Part shown: piece after piece, positions 1 to 10,173 of the stretch
How the letters are laid out: every line of letters begins with the position of its first letter
Position numbering within the stretch: position 1 is the first letter of the stretch
Assembly (NCBI GenBank): GCA_963703225.1
Contig: OY969801.1
Span: 2,720,001 to 2,784,000 of the forward strand
From: Candidatus Eiseniibacteriota bacterium
GTDB lineage: Bacteria > Eisenbacteria > RBG-16-71-46 > SZUA-252
Length of the DNA stretch: 64,000 nt
Reading direction: 5' to 3'
Notes under the pieces: generated by a model
The model's input: the letters and a program-made list of their open reading frames with translations, nothing else
What the model was told of the DNA's origin: nothing
Database searches by the model: none
Program-made: the position numbers and the translations under genes

Positions 1-323
1 TTTCCCAGGCATCCGACGCGCCGCCGCCACCGGTGGCGGGCTACACGCCCACCTGGATCCCGACGCACGGTTCTGGAAAGGCCTCGAAGAGCGACGGCGG
101 CTCATCGAGTTCCGGGTCGAGCACGACCTCCGAATCGGCCTCGTCCGGCGGCGGGCAATCATCCGCTTCCAATTCCGGCGGCGCTCCGGCGGATCAGCCT
201 CCGCCCGCGGAGGTCACCGCCACCACGAGCGACGCGTCGCCGCAGCCGGCTCCTCAGCAGAGCGTCGATTCCTCTCCGAACAACACCGGAGAGCTGCGGG
301 AAATGCTCCGGCGCGGAAAGTAG
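1..323 (+). CDS. 3' end of a gene entering from the left edge; Ser/Gly/Pro-rich low-complexity tail, function unknown
   Basis: Frame is open from position 3 to TAG at 321-323; S/G/P/Q-rich translation; converges on the permease stop at 334. Confidence 0.55.
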   Translation, partial: SQASDAPPPPVAGYTPTWIPTHGSGKASKSDGGSSSSGSSTTSESASSGGGQSSASNSGGAPADQPPPAEVTATTSDASPQPAPQQSVDSSPNNTGELREMLRRGK

Positions 324-333
324 TCATCGATGG

Positions 334-1581
334 CTATTCGTAGCGCAGCGCGTCGATCGGATTGAGCCTGGAGGCTCGCATCGCGGGCAGAAGTCCGAAG
401 CCGATTCCCACTGCCGAGCAGAACAAGAGCCCGATAACGGCCCACTCCAGGGGCACGCGCACCGCAAAGTGCGTGAAGAGCGCGACGAGGTTGCCGAGCC
501 CGAAGCCCACCAGGACGCCGAAGATCCCGCCGATGTTGCAGAGGATGACCGCCTCGAGGAGGAACTGAGCCAGGATCCCCTCGGGCTTGGCTCCGAGCGC
601 CTTGCGGATCCCGATCTCCCGGGTGCGCTCGGTCACCGCGACCAGCATGATGTTCATGATGCCGATCCCCGCCACGACCAGCGCGATGATGCCGATGACG
701 AACGCGGCGATCTTCACGCCCATGCTCATGCTGTTGAACTGGGTGATGAGGCTCTCGCTGTTGAAGAACTCGAAGTTGTCCTCTTCGGTCGGCCGCAGCC
801 CACGGTCGCGGCGCAGGACCTGGCGCGTCTGCTCGATCGCGTCCTCGATCAGCTCCGGCGTCTTCGCTCGGACCGTGATGTTGACGGAGCGCGCGAACCC
901 GTTTCGGTCCACCAAGCCGTAGGTCCCGACGAAGGTCGAGACGGGCATCAGGACGTAGTTGTCAAAGTTCCCGCCGAACGCCGACTTCTTCTCGTCGAAT
1001 ACCCCGATGACCTGGTACTTCCGCCCGTCCACGCGGATGTCCTTGCCGATCGGATCGGTGAACGGGAACAGCTTCTGGGCGATCGCGTAGCCGATGACCA
1101 CCACCTTGCGGGCCGTCTTGACGTCGATCTCCGAGATGTTTCGTCCGATCCCGACGTAGTGGGTGTTGTTCGGCGGATACTCCGGCGTGCCGCCGCAGAT
1201 CGAGATGTTGGGATTCGTCGACTCCCCCTTGTAACTCGCGGTAAAGCCGAAGTCCCAGATCTCGGACCCCACCAGATCCACGGATTCGACCTGCTCCCGG
1301 ATCGCCTCGGCGTTCGCGAGCGTGAGCGGCGGCCGGCGCATCGCCTTTCGGCGCGCCGCGTCGGAGTTGAATCCACCGGCGGGCCACTTCTGGACCTGGA
1401 AGATCTGGGCGCCGAGGACGCTCATCTCCTGCTCCATGGTGCCCTGGATCACGGAGATCCCGGTCATCACGGCGATGATCGACGCGACGCCCGCGACGAT
1501 TCCCACCAGGGTGAGGACCGACCGCAGCTTGTTGCTGACGATCGCCCCCAGCGACATGAAGAACGCGTCAAACGGACGCAT
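334..1581 (-). CDS. ABC transporter permease, MacB/FtsX family
   Basis: NKLRSVLTLVGIVAGVASII N-terminal helix, periplasmic MacB domain, [28 protein letters not shown]-terminal RLNPIDALRYE. Confidence 0.95.
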   Translation of the reverse strand: MRPFDAFFMSLGAIVSNKLRSVLTLVGIVAGVASIIAVMTGISVIQGTMEQEMSVLGAQIFQVQKWPAGGFNSDAARRKAMRRPPLTLANAEAIREQVESVDLVGSEIWDFGFTASYKGESTNPNISICGGTPEYPPNNTHYVGIGRNISEIDVKTARKVVVIGYAIAQKLFPFTDPIGKDIRVDGRKYQVIGVFDEKKSAFGGNFDNYVLMPVSTFVGTYGLVDRNGFARSVNITVRAKTPELIEDAIEQTRQVLRRDRGLRPTEEDNFEFFNSESLITQFNSMSMGVKIAAFVIGIIALVVAGIGIMNIMLVAVTERTREIGIRKALGAKPEGILAQFLLEAVILCNIGGIFGVLVGFGLGNLVALFTHFAVRVPLEWAVIGLLFCSAVGIGFGLLPAMRASRLNPIDALRYE

Positions 1582-1604
1582 GGAGCCGAACCTCCGTCCC
1601 GGAG

Positions 1605-2851
1605 CTACTCATAGCGGAGCGACTCGATCGGATCGAGCCTGGCGCCCGCGATACGCCGGGACGACGCCCGCGGCCACTCCCGACCGCGATCGACACCGCC
1701 ACCGCCACCGCCAGGATGGGCAAGGACATGCTCGCCGGCATCAGCACCGCGTTGATCACGGCGGTCAGCGCGGCGGCGATGGCGATCCCGATCAACCCTC
1801 CCGACCAGGCAGATGGCCGAGGACTCGAACAGGAACTGCAGCAGGATGCTCCGCCGCGTCGCGCCGATCGCCTTGCGGATCCCGATCTCGCGGGTGCGCT
1901 CGGTGACCGAGACGAACATGATGTTCATCACGCCGATGGCGCCGACGAACAGCGAGATGCCGGTGACGATCAGCCCCACCAGCAGCACCACGCCCATCAC
2001 GTTGTTGAAGGTGCCGACCAGCGTGTCGAGCTTGTTGATCGAGAAGTTGTCGGGTTCGGTCGGGCGGAGCTGGCGGATCTTCCGCATCTCGCCGATCACC
2101 TCGAACTCGAGATCGCCCAGCGCCTCCTGCCGGGGCGCCTTGACCGCGATGTTCACGTCCTGGCGACCGTCGGTTCCCGCCGAACGCCTTCACGTAGGCG
2201 CTGATCGGGACGAAGACCTGCCGGTCGAAGTTGGGGCCGCCCAGGAAGCTTCCCCCCTGCTTCTCCATGACGCCGATCACCCGGAACACGGTGCGGCCGA
2301 TCTTGATGCTCTTGTTGATCGGATCGGTCGATCCCGAAGAGCCCCTTCTGCACGTCGGTGCCGATCACGCAGACGTTCTTCTTGTACGCGACGTCGTAGG
2401 GCATGAGGAACCGCCCGGTCTGCGGCCGGGCGCTGGAGAGGCTGCATCTGCTTCTCGGTGGTGCCGATGACGTTCACGCCCTCCATCATCTCGTCGCGGT
2501 ACTTCACGTCACGGCGGTCGCTCATGGTCGGATTGACGATCGCCTTGCCCGCGCAGCTTCTCCTCCAGCGCGCGCGCCTCGCGGAGATCGAGGTTGGGGC
2601 GATTGCGGAACGAGAAGAAGTCGTTCATGACCACCCAGGGCATGCGCGAGACGTAGAGCACGTCGGTGCCGACGGACGGAGAAGCTCTCGCGGAACTTGT
2701 TCTGCAGCCCGTTGGCGGCGGTCATGGTGATCACGACCGCGACGATGCCGATGATGATGCCGAGCGTGGTCAGGACGCCGCGGGCCTTGTTGGCCCGGAT
2801 GGCGCGCAGCGCGATCTGGAACGATTCGCCGAGGTCCATGGCCGGGCTCAT
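1605..2851 (-). pseudogene. Second MacB/FtsX-family ABC permease, broken by several frameshifts (sequencing error or pseudogene)
   Basis: Consecutive pieces in different frames (2522-2851 NKARGVLTTLGIIIGI; 2277-2525; 2153-2404; 1792-2289 FRVIGVMEKQG; 1605-2156 [25 protein letters not shown]...[10 protein letters not shown]; 1568-1795) assemble into one ~415-aa permease. Confidence 0.85.
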
Positions 2852-3657
2852 GCGGGGTAGGCGCCCACCGCGGAGGCGATCTCGCCCGCGGCCGGCGCGT
2901 CCGCCAAGACCTCGGCGTCGCGATCGCCGCGCGGGCGGCGGATGGTCCGGACATCGCTCTCGATCAGCCCGTCCCTCAGCCGGATGGCGCGCTCCGCGCG
3001 CTCGGCGATGTACTCCTCGTGGGTGACCAGGATGATGGTCTGCCCGGCCGCGTGCAGCTCGTCGAGCATGTCCATGATCTCGTCGCCGGTCTTGGTGTCG
3101 AGATTGCCGGTCGGCTCGTCGGCCAGGATGATCGAGGGGTTGTAGACCAGCGCCCGCGCGATCGCCACGCGCTGCCGCTGCCCGCCCGAGAGCTCGTTCG
3201 GCCGGTGCTTCATGCGGTCGCCGAGGCCGACCCGCTCCAGCGCCCGCTCGGCGCGCGCTCGCCGCTCCGCCTTGGCGACTCCGCCGTAGATGAGCGGCAG
3301 CTCGACGTTGTGGAAGATGTTGGCGCGCGCGATGAGGTTGAAGGTCTGAAAGACGAATCCGATGCGGCGATTTCGGATCTCGGCCAGCTGCCCCTCGGAC
3401 ATCCCGGCCACCCTCTGCCCCTCGAGGTAGTACGTCCCCGAGGTCGGCACGTCGAGGCAGCCGATGACGTTCATCAGCGTCGACTTGCCCGAGCCGGACG
3501 GCCCCATGATGGCGACGTATTCGTTTCGGGCGATATCGAGCGAGACGCCGTTCAGGGCGTGCACCTGCTCGGCGCCCATGAGGTAGGTCTTCACCACGTC
3601 CCGGAGCGACAGGATCGGGCTCATCGAAGTGGTCGTCTCGCTATCCCTGCGATCCAT
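2848..3657 (-). CDS. ABC transporter ATP-binding protein (LolD/MacB-type)
   Basis: Walker [20 protein letters not shown], signature [15 protein letters not shown], Walker [13 protein letters not shown]-loop VTHE. Confidence 0.96.
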   Translation of the reverse strand: MDRRDSETTTSMSPILSLRDVVKTYLMGAEQVHALNGVSLDIARNEYVAIMGPSGSGKSTLMNVIGCLDVPTSGTYYLEGQRVAGMSEGQLAEIRNRRIGFVFQTFNLIARANIFHNVELPLIYGGVAKAERRARAERALERVGLGDRMKHRPNELSGGQRQRVAIARALVYNPSIILADEPTGNLDTKTGDEIMDMLDELHAAGQTIILVTHEEYIAERAERAIRLRDGLIESDVRTIRRPRGDRDAEVLADAPAAGEIASAVGAYPA

Positions 3658-4918
3658 TTCCCTTTGCCCCGTTGGGCTTCATGGGTCCCTTGCTGACGGT
3701 CACCACGGCGCCGTTCTCCAGATCCTTCGAGATGGCCCGATAGCTCCCGCTGACGACCTCGTCGCCCTCCTTCAGACCCTCGAGGATCTCGATCAGCTCG
3801 TCGCTCTGGATGCCGGTCTTGACCTGCTTGGCGACCGCCCGCTGGCCCTCGATGCAGAAGACGATCTCGACGAAGCCGTCTCGTCGGCCTTGTAGCGCGC
3901 CTCGGCGTCCTTGCGCTTCTCGCCCTTCATCGTGAGCTGGTCCACGGTCCGCACCGCGACGCTCTGGATGGGCACGCTCAGCGCGCTGTCGTTGGTCTTG
4001 GTGATGATGTCCGCGCTCGCCGTCATCCCGGGACGAAGCGTCTTGGGGGGATCGGTGATGGCGATCTTGATTTCGAACTCGGTCTTCTGCTCCGACGTGC
4101 CCAGCGGCGCCGACGTTGGCGCTGTTGGCGATCTCGTAGACGACGCCCTTCAGCTTCTGCCCGGGCAGCGCGTCGACCTCGATCTCGGCCTTCTGACCGA
4201 TCGCGATCGAGACGATGTCGTTCTCGTCGACGTTGACCTGCGCTTCCATCTCGGAGAGATCGGCGATGATCAGGATGACGTCCTTCTGGAACTGGGAGCC
4301 GAGCGCGATCTCGCCCTGCTCCTTGTTCAGCTCGCTGACGGTCCCCGACATCGGGGCATAGATGGTGGTCTTGGACAGGTCGTCGCGCGCCTGCTTGAGC
4401 GCGGCCTTCGCCTGCTCCACCTGGTCCTGCGCCGACTTGTAGCGGGCGACCTCGACCTGATACTCGGCCTGCTTCGCGTCGAAGGCGGACTGCGACTCGA
4501 GCCCGGTCGACAGGAGCTCCTGGGACCGCTTGAACTCCTTCTCGGCCCGGTTCATGTTCTCGCGAACCAGCGTGGCGTTCGCCTCGGCGGAGCTGACGTT
4601 CGCCTCGGCGCTCTCGACCGCGGCCACGTAGCGCTCCCGGTCCAGCTCCACGAGGAACGTGCCCTTCTCGACCCACTGCCCCTCGACCACCGACAGCTTG
4701 GTGATCTTGGCGCTCACGTCGGCGCTGATCTCGACCTGGGTCTTCGGCTGGATCTTTCCGGTGGCGCTGACCTTCTGCACGATCTTCTGCCGATCCACCT
4801 TGGCCGTCTGCACCTCCAGCGTCTTGTCGCCGCGGCCGCGCATGGCCGCTCCGGCGACGGCGGCCACTACGACCAGGGCGGCGATGCCGATCAACAACGG
4901 CTTTCTCTTGATCTTCAT
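3641..4918 (-). CDS. Efflux periplasmic adaptor subunit (MacA/HlyD family) with two compensating frameshifts near 4100 and 3880
   Basis: N-terminal [11 protein letters not shown]...V.EGQWVEKG lipoyl half-motif, coiled coil, TTIYAPMSG. The middle segment ([26 protein letters not shown]...SVPIQSV) lies in another frame (ORF 3793-4026). Confidence 0.9.
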   Translation of the reverse strand: MKIKRKPLLIGIAALVVVAAVAGAAMRGRGDKTLEVQTAKVDRQKIVQKVSATGKIQPKTQVEISADVSAKITKLSVVEGQWVEKGTFLVELDRERYVAAVESAEANVSSAEANATLVRENMNRAEKEFKRSQELLSTGLESQSAFDAKQAEYQVEVARYKSAQDQVEQAKAALKQARDDLSKTTIYAPMSGTVSELNKEQGEIALGSQFQKDVILIIADLSEMEAQVNVDENDIVSIAIGQKAEIEVDALPGQKLKGVVYEIANSANVGAAGHVGAEDRVRNQDRHHRSPQDASSRDDGERGHHHQDQRQRAERAHPERRGADRGPAHDEGREAQGRRGALQGRRDGFVEIVFCIEGQRAVAKQVKTGIQSDELIEILEGLKEGDEVVSGSYRAISKDLENGAVVTVSKGPMKPNGAKGNGSQG

Positions 4919-5243
4919 TTCTCAACGGCCTCCACGTTCATGGGAATCAAAGCTCTGAGCGAGGCTCCGTGCCACGCTACGAGTACGGGAGGAGCGGGCG
5001 AGAGGTTCCGCCGCTCTTCGCGGAACCGCATGGTCAACAGCACGCCGTCTCACGGGGGGACCGGCCAGAGCCATGGGAGAGTGGCTGGATCTGACGGAGC
5101 GAGGCGGAGCCTTTGCCTTAAGTCTTTTATTTGTATGGTGTTGCTGAATCGCGCCCCCACCCGGCGGACCTACACGGTTCAGTACCACGGGGATTCTAAT
5201 CCCATCCACCCATTCGGAGCTAGGCTCTTGCGAAGCGGCAATC

Positions 5244-6986
5244 GTGCGCCTGGCGGCGCGTGTTAAGGTCGCCCCCGTGCCAAAAGCCAGCACCCGACGC
5301 GCCTCCCCAACCGCCGTCAGACCGCCCCTCGAGCCGATTCTGAGCCGGCCTCGCTGGCTCCGGCCGGTCGTCCTGGCTCTTCTCACCGCGCTCGCGCTGC
5401 TCCCGTTCACCGGGAAGGCGTTTCACATCGATGACCCCTTGTTCGTCTGGGCCGGGAAGCAGATCGCGAGCAAACCGCTCGACCCCTACGGATTCCAAGT
5501 CAATTGGTACGGTTTCACGATGCCGATGTCGGACGTCACCAAGAACCCCCCGCTCACCTCTTACTACATCGCCGGCGTCGCGGCTCTCTTGGGATGGAGC
5601 GAACGGGCGCTCCATTTCGCGTTTCTCCTGCCGGCCATCGTCGTCATTCTGGGGACCTATTCCCTCGCCGAAAGGCTCTGCGCCAGGCCGCTGATGGCGA
5701 CCCTTTGGACCCTCTTCACCCCTGTCTTTCTCGTCTCGAGCAGTACCGTGATGTCGGACACACTGATGTTGGCGTTTTGGATGGCCGCGACCTACCTATG
5801 GTTGATCGGCCTGGAGAGGAAATCGTCCGTTCCGCTGATCCTCTCCGGTATCTGCGTCGCTCTGTGCGCGTTGGCCAAGTACTTCGGGATGACCTTGATC
5901 CCCCTATTGCTGGTCTACACCCTCCTCAAGCGCCGCCGCGTCACGTGGGCCATCACGTATCTGTTGGTCCCGATCGTGATCCTGTGTGCCTATCAGTGGG
6001 TCACCCACAAGCTCTATGGGCGCGGCCTCCTCCTCGACGCGGCGTCCTACGCCACGGGAGCGCCCACGCAGTGGGGCAAGATGTCGCCGGGCAAGCTTCT
6101 GATCGGGCTGGCCTTCACGGGCGGCTGCATCGGCATCGGGTGGATCTACGCGCTCTGGCCGTGGCGGCCGCGAATCGTGCTCGCGGGGGTGGCGGCCGCG
6201 GCGGTGGTGATGCTCGGGGTGGCTTCGACACACAGCATTGGAAATTACGCGCTGGGCGCGCGGGATGGAAACCTGGGAACCACGGCGGCCTTGTTCGGGA
6301 TTTTCACGGCCGGTGGGTTGGCCGTCCTCGCGGTCGCGCTCGCCAAGCTGGTCCGGCGGGCCGACGCGGAGGAGGTGCTCCTCAGCCTTTGGATTCTCGG
6401 CACGTTCCTCTTCGCGACGGTGATCAACTGGTCGACGAACGGTCGGTCCATCCTACCCTTGGTCCCCGCGGCCGGGATTCTCCTGGCGCGATGGATCGAG
6501 CAGCGCGGAAAGAGCAAGAAATCGACCGGAACCCGGAGCCTGGCGGTCGGCATCACGGCCGCCGCGCTGATCGCCATCGGCGTGGCATGGGCCGACATGC
6601 GGCTCGCCGATAGCGCGCGGCGGGCTGCGAAGGAGATTCACGCCAAGTACGGGGGAAGGGATTCGCGACTCTGGTTTGAGGGACACTGGGGTTTTCAGTA
6701 CTACATGGAAGCGCTGGGGGCAATGCCGATCGATCAGAAGAATTCACGCTTCGTTCCGGGCGACATCATCGTCGTTCCCGAAAACAACACGAACATTTCG
6801 CCGCCGCCCAAGGAGTGGACCCGCGCTGTCGAGACGCTTGAGATTCCCGCCAGCAGGTGGATTGCTACGATGAACTACGGAGCCGGGATGTATTCCGATG
6901 CCTTCGGCCCGCTGCCGTTCGCCGTGGGGGTCGTCCCCCCGGAGCGCTACGCGATCTATGTGGCGGCGCTTCCAGGCGCGAACTGA
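5244..6986 (+). CDS. GT-C fold glycosyltransferase (ArnT/PMT_2, GT39/GT83-like); start uncertain
   Basis: Polytopic membrane protein with FHIDDPLF acidic motif after TM1, KNPPL, LAKYFG and a C-terminal periplasmic domain. Confidence 0.8.
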   Translation: MRLAARVKVAPVPKASTRRASPTAVRPPLEPILSRPRWLRPVVLALLTALALLPFTGKAFHIDDPLFVWAGKQIASKPLDPYGFQVNWYGFTMPMSDVTKNPPLTSYYIAGVAALLGWSERALHFAFLLPAIVVILGTYSLAERLCARPLMATLWTLFTPVFLVSSSTVMSDTLMLAFWMAATYLWLIGLERKSSVPLILSGICVALCALAKYFGMTLIPLLLVYTLLKRRRVTWAITYLLVPIVILCAYQWVTHKLYGRGLLLDAASYATGAPTQWGKMSPGKLLIGLAFTGGCIGIGWIYALWPWRPRIVLAGVAAAAVVMLGVASTHSIGNYALGARDGNLGTTAALFGIFTAGGLAVLAVALAKLVRRADAEEVLLSLWILGTFLFATVINWSTNGRSILPLVPAAGILLARWIEQRGKSKKSTGTRSLAVGITAAALIAIGVAWADMRLADSARRAAKEIHAKYGGRDSRLWFEGHWGFQYYMEALGAMPIDQKNSRFVPGDIIVVPENNTNISPPPKEWTRAVETLEIPASRWIATMNYGAGMYSDAFGPLPFAVGVVPPERYAIYVAALPGAN

Positions 6987-6987
6987 A

Positions 6988-8653
6988 TCACCGCCATCCC
7001 GACACGACGAGCACAGGCACGTTCTCGTAGGGATTGATCCGCCCCTTCCCCGGCACCGGGACCGGGACCGGATCGCCCCGTAGGGCTTGGGCGTTCAGCA
7101 TGTGCGATGCCTGCTGCCCCCAGGTGACGAGATAGGGGCCGCAGTACCACCCGGACGGCGCGCCGGGGGCCGGCGGCAACGTCGGCGCCGGCTTGTCCAT
7201 CGCGGGCGCGGGCAGTCCTCCCACCAGCCAGACACGGTGTCCGGTGCGGAGCGCCTGCGACATGGCCTCCAGCGCAGGATCGATCGCGTCGGAGCGGGTC
7301 ATCGCATCCTTGACGAGGTCGTACCGGTGAATCCGGGACTCGCTCAACGGGGGAAGCGTCATCCAGCGCGCGATCCCCTTGTAATACCTCTGGAATGTGA
7401 CCCCGTAATACATCGGGTAGACCACGATCGCGTCGCCCTCCATCGCCGATCGACCCAGATAGGCCGCGACCGCGTCGAGGTTCGTCCGGCGCTCCGTCAG
7501 CCGAGGCCATCCGGAGAGCCCCGCCGAAGCCGCGATCCCCATCGCCAGGAGGATCCTCAGCCCTCTCCGCGCGCGGTCCGGCGCGGCCATCGAGAGAGCC
7601 GCGTCGAGAGGAAGAGCGATCGCCGCCATGAGCGGTACGTAATACCAGGGCTCGGTCGGAAGGCGGGTGGCCTTGAGGGCGACCAAGAACGCGCCTGTGG
7701 TCGCCACGAGCGCCGTCCCGACGAAGGTCGACCGAGCTGCCTCCGCCGCCGCCGGGCCGGGCTTGGGACGGGCACCGAGAGCCTGGATCGAGACCGAGCA
7801 ACAGATGAGGGCCAGGCCAATCCAGGGCCATGCCTTGAGTGTGGGCCCCGGTCTTCAGCGCCTCTGAGAAAACCGCGAGCAGCTGGCCCACGGTCGTAGG
7901 CGTCTGAATGACGACGTTCCAGCTCCTCGCGGCCGCGATACTCGGCCAGTACGGGAGGAGCGAGAGAGCGGCCGCGACGCCCACGCTTGCAATCGCGATG
8001 GCCGACTTACGTCGAGCAAACCGAAGCGCCGCCGCCATCCCGGCGAGGCAGATTCCAAAGAGAAGAAACGCGTTCTGATACAGGCACTGGACGCTCAGGA
8101 TGGCGAGAGCACCGGCCGCCAGGAGCCTCCTTGGCGTCGGCGACTCGACCACGCTCCAGACCAGCCCCAACGTGAGCACGATCAGCACCATTCCGATCCC
8201 ATACGGCCGGATGGAGCTGACCGACGTAATGACCCACGGACTAACCCCCACGAGCGCCAGGGATGCGAGGGGCGAGCGGATTCGGAGGCGACGGCCCGTG
8301 AACCAGAGCGCCGCGAGAAACGCCATGCCGACCGCGAGTCCGAACACCCGGAGACCAAGATCGGTGCGGCCCAGCCCCGAAGCGACCCACCCGCGGAGGA
8401 TGAGCGTCGAGAGAAGCGGAAACCCATCGTACGGAAGCATGGTCAGAGTCCTGGATAAGGACGGCATGCTCGCGAACTCGGCGCTGTTGACCTCGTCACG
8501 CCAGAGGGGCCCCGCGTGGGTCAGGAACGAAATCTGGAGGAAGAGGGCCACGGCGGTCAGGAGGATCGCGACGCTCCACTCCGCGGGCCCGACCCAGTCC
8601 CGACCCGGGCGCTCTCTTGCCACGCGTGTTGTCTTTGGGTTTCGCTTGGTCAC
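6988..8653 (-). CDS. GT-C fold glycosyltransferase-like membrane protein with one frameshift in a G-run near 7847-7850
   Basis: GTG at 8653 overlaps the upstream stop (GTGA); LWRDE motif, PLL, RPY motif; continues in the 6988-7707 frame (KAWPWIGLALICC...WYYVPL...RVWLV). Confidence 0.75.
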
Positions 8654-9309
8654 GACTTGTTCCGTGCCACCACCGCGATCGCCGGCGTGAATTGGCGCAG
8701 CCGCCGCGTCGGCAAATGCGCGTACAGCCCTCCTGGAAGGAGGTACCGATAGATCCCCCACCAATCGACCACCGTGAAATGCCGGCCCGCCCACTCGAGC
8801 CAGAAGCCGCGCGACGTCCTGTGTACGTGCGTCTCGTCTTGATCCAATAGGCGCACGATCGGCCCGGTCGGCCCGTCGTAGACAGGCACCACGAAAATCA
8901 GATGCCCCCCGGGCGCGAGCTTGGATCGAACTAAGGAGGCGACGCGATCGAGCGACGGCACATGCTCGATCACGTCGAACGACGTGATGACGTCAAAGGG
9001 TCCCGGGAACGGAACATCGCCGAAGTCGGCGCGGGCGAAGGTGGCGCCGGGAACCGATTGCTTCGCCCGGTCGATGGCAAACTGGCTGACGTCCGCGCCG
9101 TAGCGCTCCCACCGAGGATCGAGTGCCGAGAGGAAGGCTCCAAAGGCGCACCCGATGTCGAGGACGCGGGGTGGGCGATCCATGGGGGCCACGCGCTCGG
9201 TCAGATCGCGATAGAAGCGCAGCTTCCATGGGGGATTCTGCCGCTCGTAGTTCCGGTAGTTCGATTCGAAGTATTCCCGTTCGAATCCGGGCGACCCCGC
9301 CGTCGTCAC
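8650..9309 (-). CDS. Class I SAM-dependent methyltransferase
   Basis: VLDIGCAFG motif I, FDVITSFDVIEHV, LAPGGHLIFVVP; GTG start at 9309 overlaps the GT2 stop. Confidence 0.9.
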   Translation of the reverse strand: MTTAGSPGFEREYFESNYRNYERQNPPWKLRFYRDLTERVAPMDRPPRVLDIGCAFGAFLSALDPRWERYGADVSQFAIDRAKQSVPGATFARADFGDVPFPGPFDVITSFDVIEHVPSLDRVASLVRSKLAPGGHLIFVVPVYDGPTGPIVRLLDQDETHVHRTSRGFWLEWAGRHFTVVDWWGIYRYLLPGGLYAHLPTRRLRQFTPAIAVVARNKS

Positions 9310-10091
9310 GCTTCGAACCGACGCTTCCACATCAGACCGAGCGTGTCTCGCACGGTCCGGAAGACGTTCATCTTGCTGCCGCCCTCTTTCCAATCGTATC
9401 GGAGTATGAACGGCACCTCGCCAAAGATGAGATGCATGCGCCGCAGCTTGAGGAGAATATCGACCATGCACTGAAACCCATCTTGGTCCAGGAAGTCGTC
9501 GCCGTATCGCTTCAACGCGTCTCGAACCACCAGCGCGCGATAGGCGCGATAGCCACACGTAAAGTCCTTGACCCCGCGGGTCGGGAAGACGACGCGGAAC
9601 ATCCAGGACGCGCCGTAGCTCAAGGCCTGCCGGTACGCGGGGACTCCAACGCAGCGGGATCCTGCCCGGTACCGGGAGGCGATGACGACGTCGTGGCCCT
9701 CCGAGATCATCCGGACCATTCGCAGGATGAGGCCCGGAGCGTGCGTGTCGTCCGCGTCCATCGTGACGATGATGTCGCGATCGCCGGCCACATCCACCGC
9801 CGCCACCAGTCCGTCCCGGATGGTCGCGCCGAGACCGAGATTGACCTCATGCTCCATGATGCGAATCGGCATCGCGGCGGCGCAGCGGCGCACGATCTCC
9901 CTCGTGGCGTCCCGGCTCCCGTCATCGACGAGCACCACTTCGTAGGGAATGCCGGCCTCGTCCAGCGCGTCGTCGATGTGGTTCAGCAGGCGCTCGATCC
10001 GGGCTTCCTCGTTGTAGACGGGGAGGACGACGTAGACCCGCGACCGTTCGCGCGGCCGCTTTCGACCGTCGATGGGACTTGAATCGGGCAC
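9306..10091 (-). CDS. GT2 glycosyltransferase, polyprenol-phosphate glycosyl synthase (Dpm1/Ppm1-like)
   Basis: VVLPVYNE, VDDGSRDAT, NLGLGA, DxD MDADDTH, VVIASRY, DFTCGYRAYR. Confidence 0.9.
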   Translation of the reverse strand: MPDSSPIDGRKRPRERSRVYVVLPVYNEEARIERLLNHIDDALDEAGIPYEVVLVDDGSRDATREIVRRCAAAMPIRIMEHEVNLGLGATIRDGLVAAVDVAGDRDIIVTMDADDTHAPGLILRMVRMISEGHDVVIASRYRAGSRCVGVPAYRQALSYGASWMFRVVFPTRGVKDFTCGYRAYRALVVRDALKRYGDDFLDQDGFQCMVDILLKLRRMHLIFGEVPFILRYDWKEGGSKMNVFRTVRDTLGLMWKRRFEA

Positions 10092-10173
10092 GATGAGCGC
10101 TCCGGGGACGCTGCCAGGAGAGCCGCGGCTCTCGAATGCCGATGAGTTCCCCCAATTATACCAACGTCAGCGA

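Noticed and set aside
469..1614. Long opposite-strand ORFs (e.g. 469-1614, 3911-5266, 23367-24962, 43354-44367, 61068-62321)
   Set aside because: Antisense shadows of high-GC3 genes; no motifs or start signals
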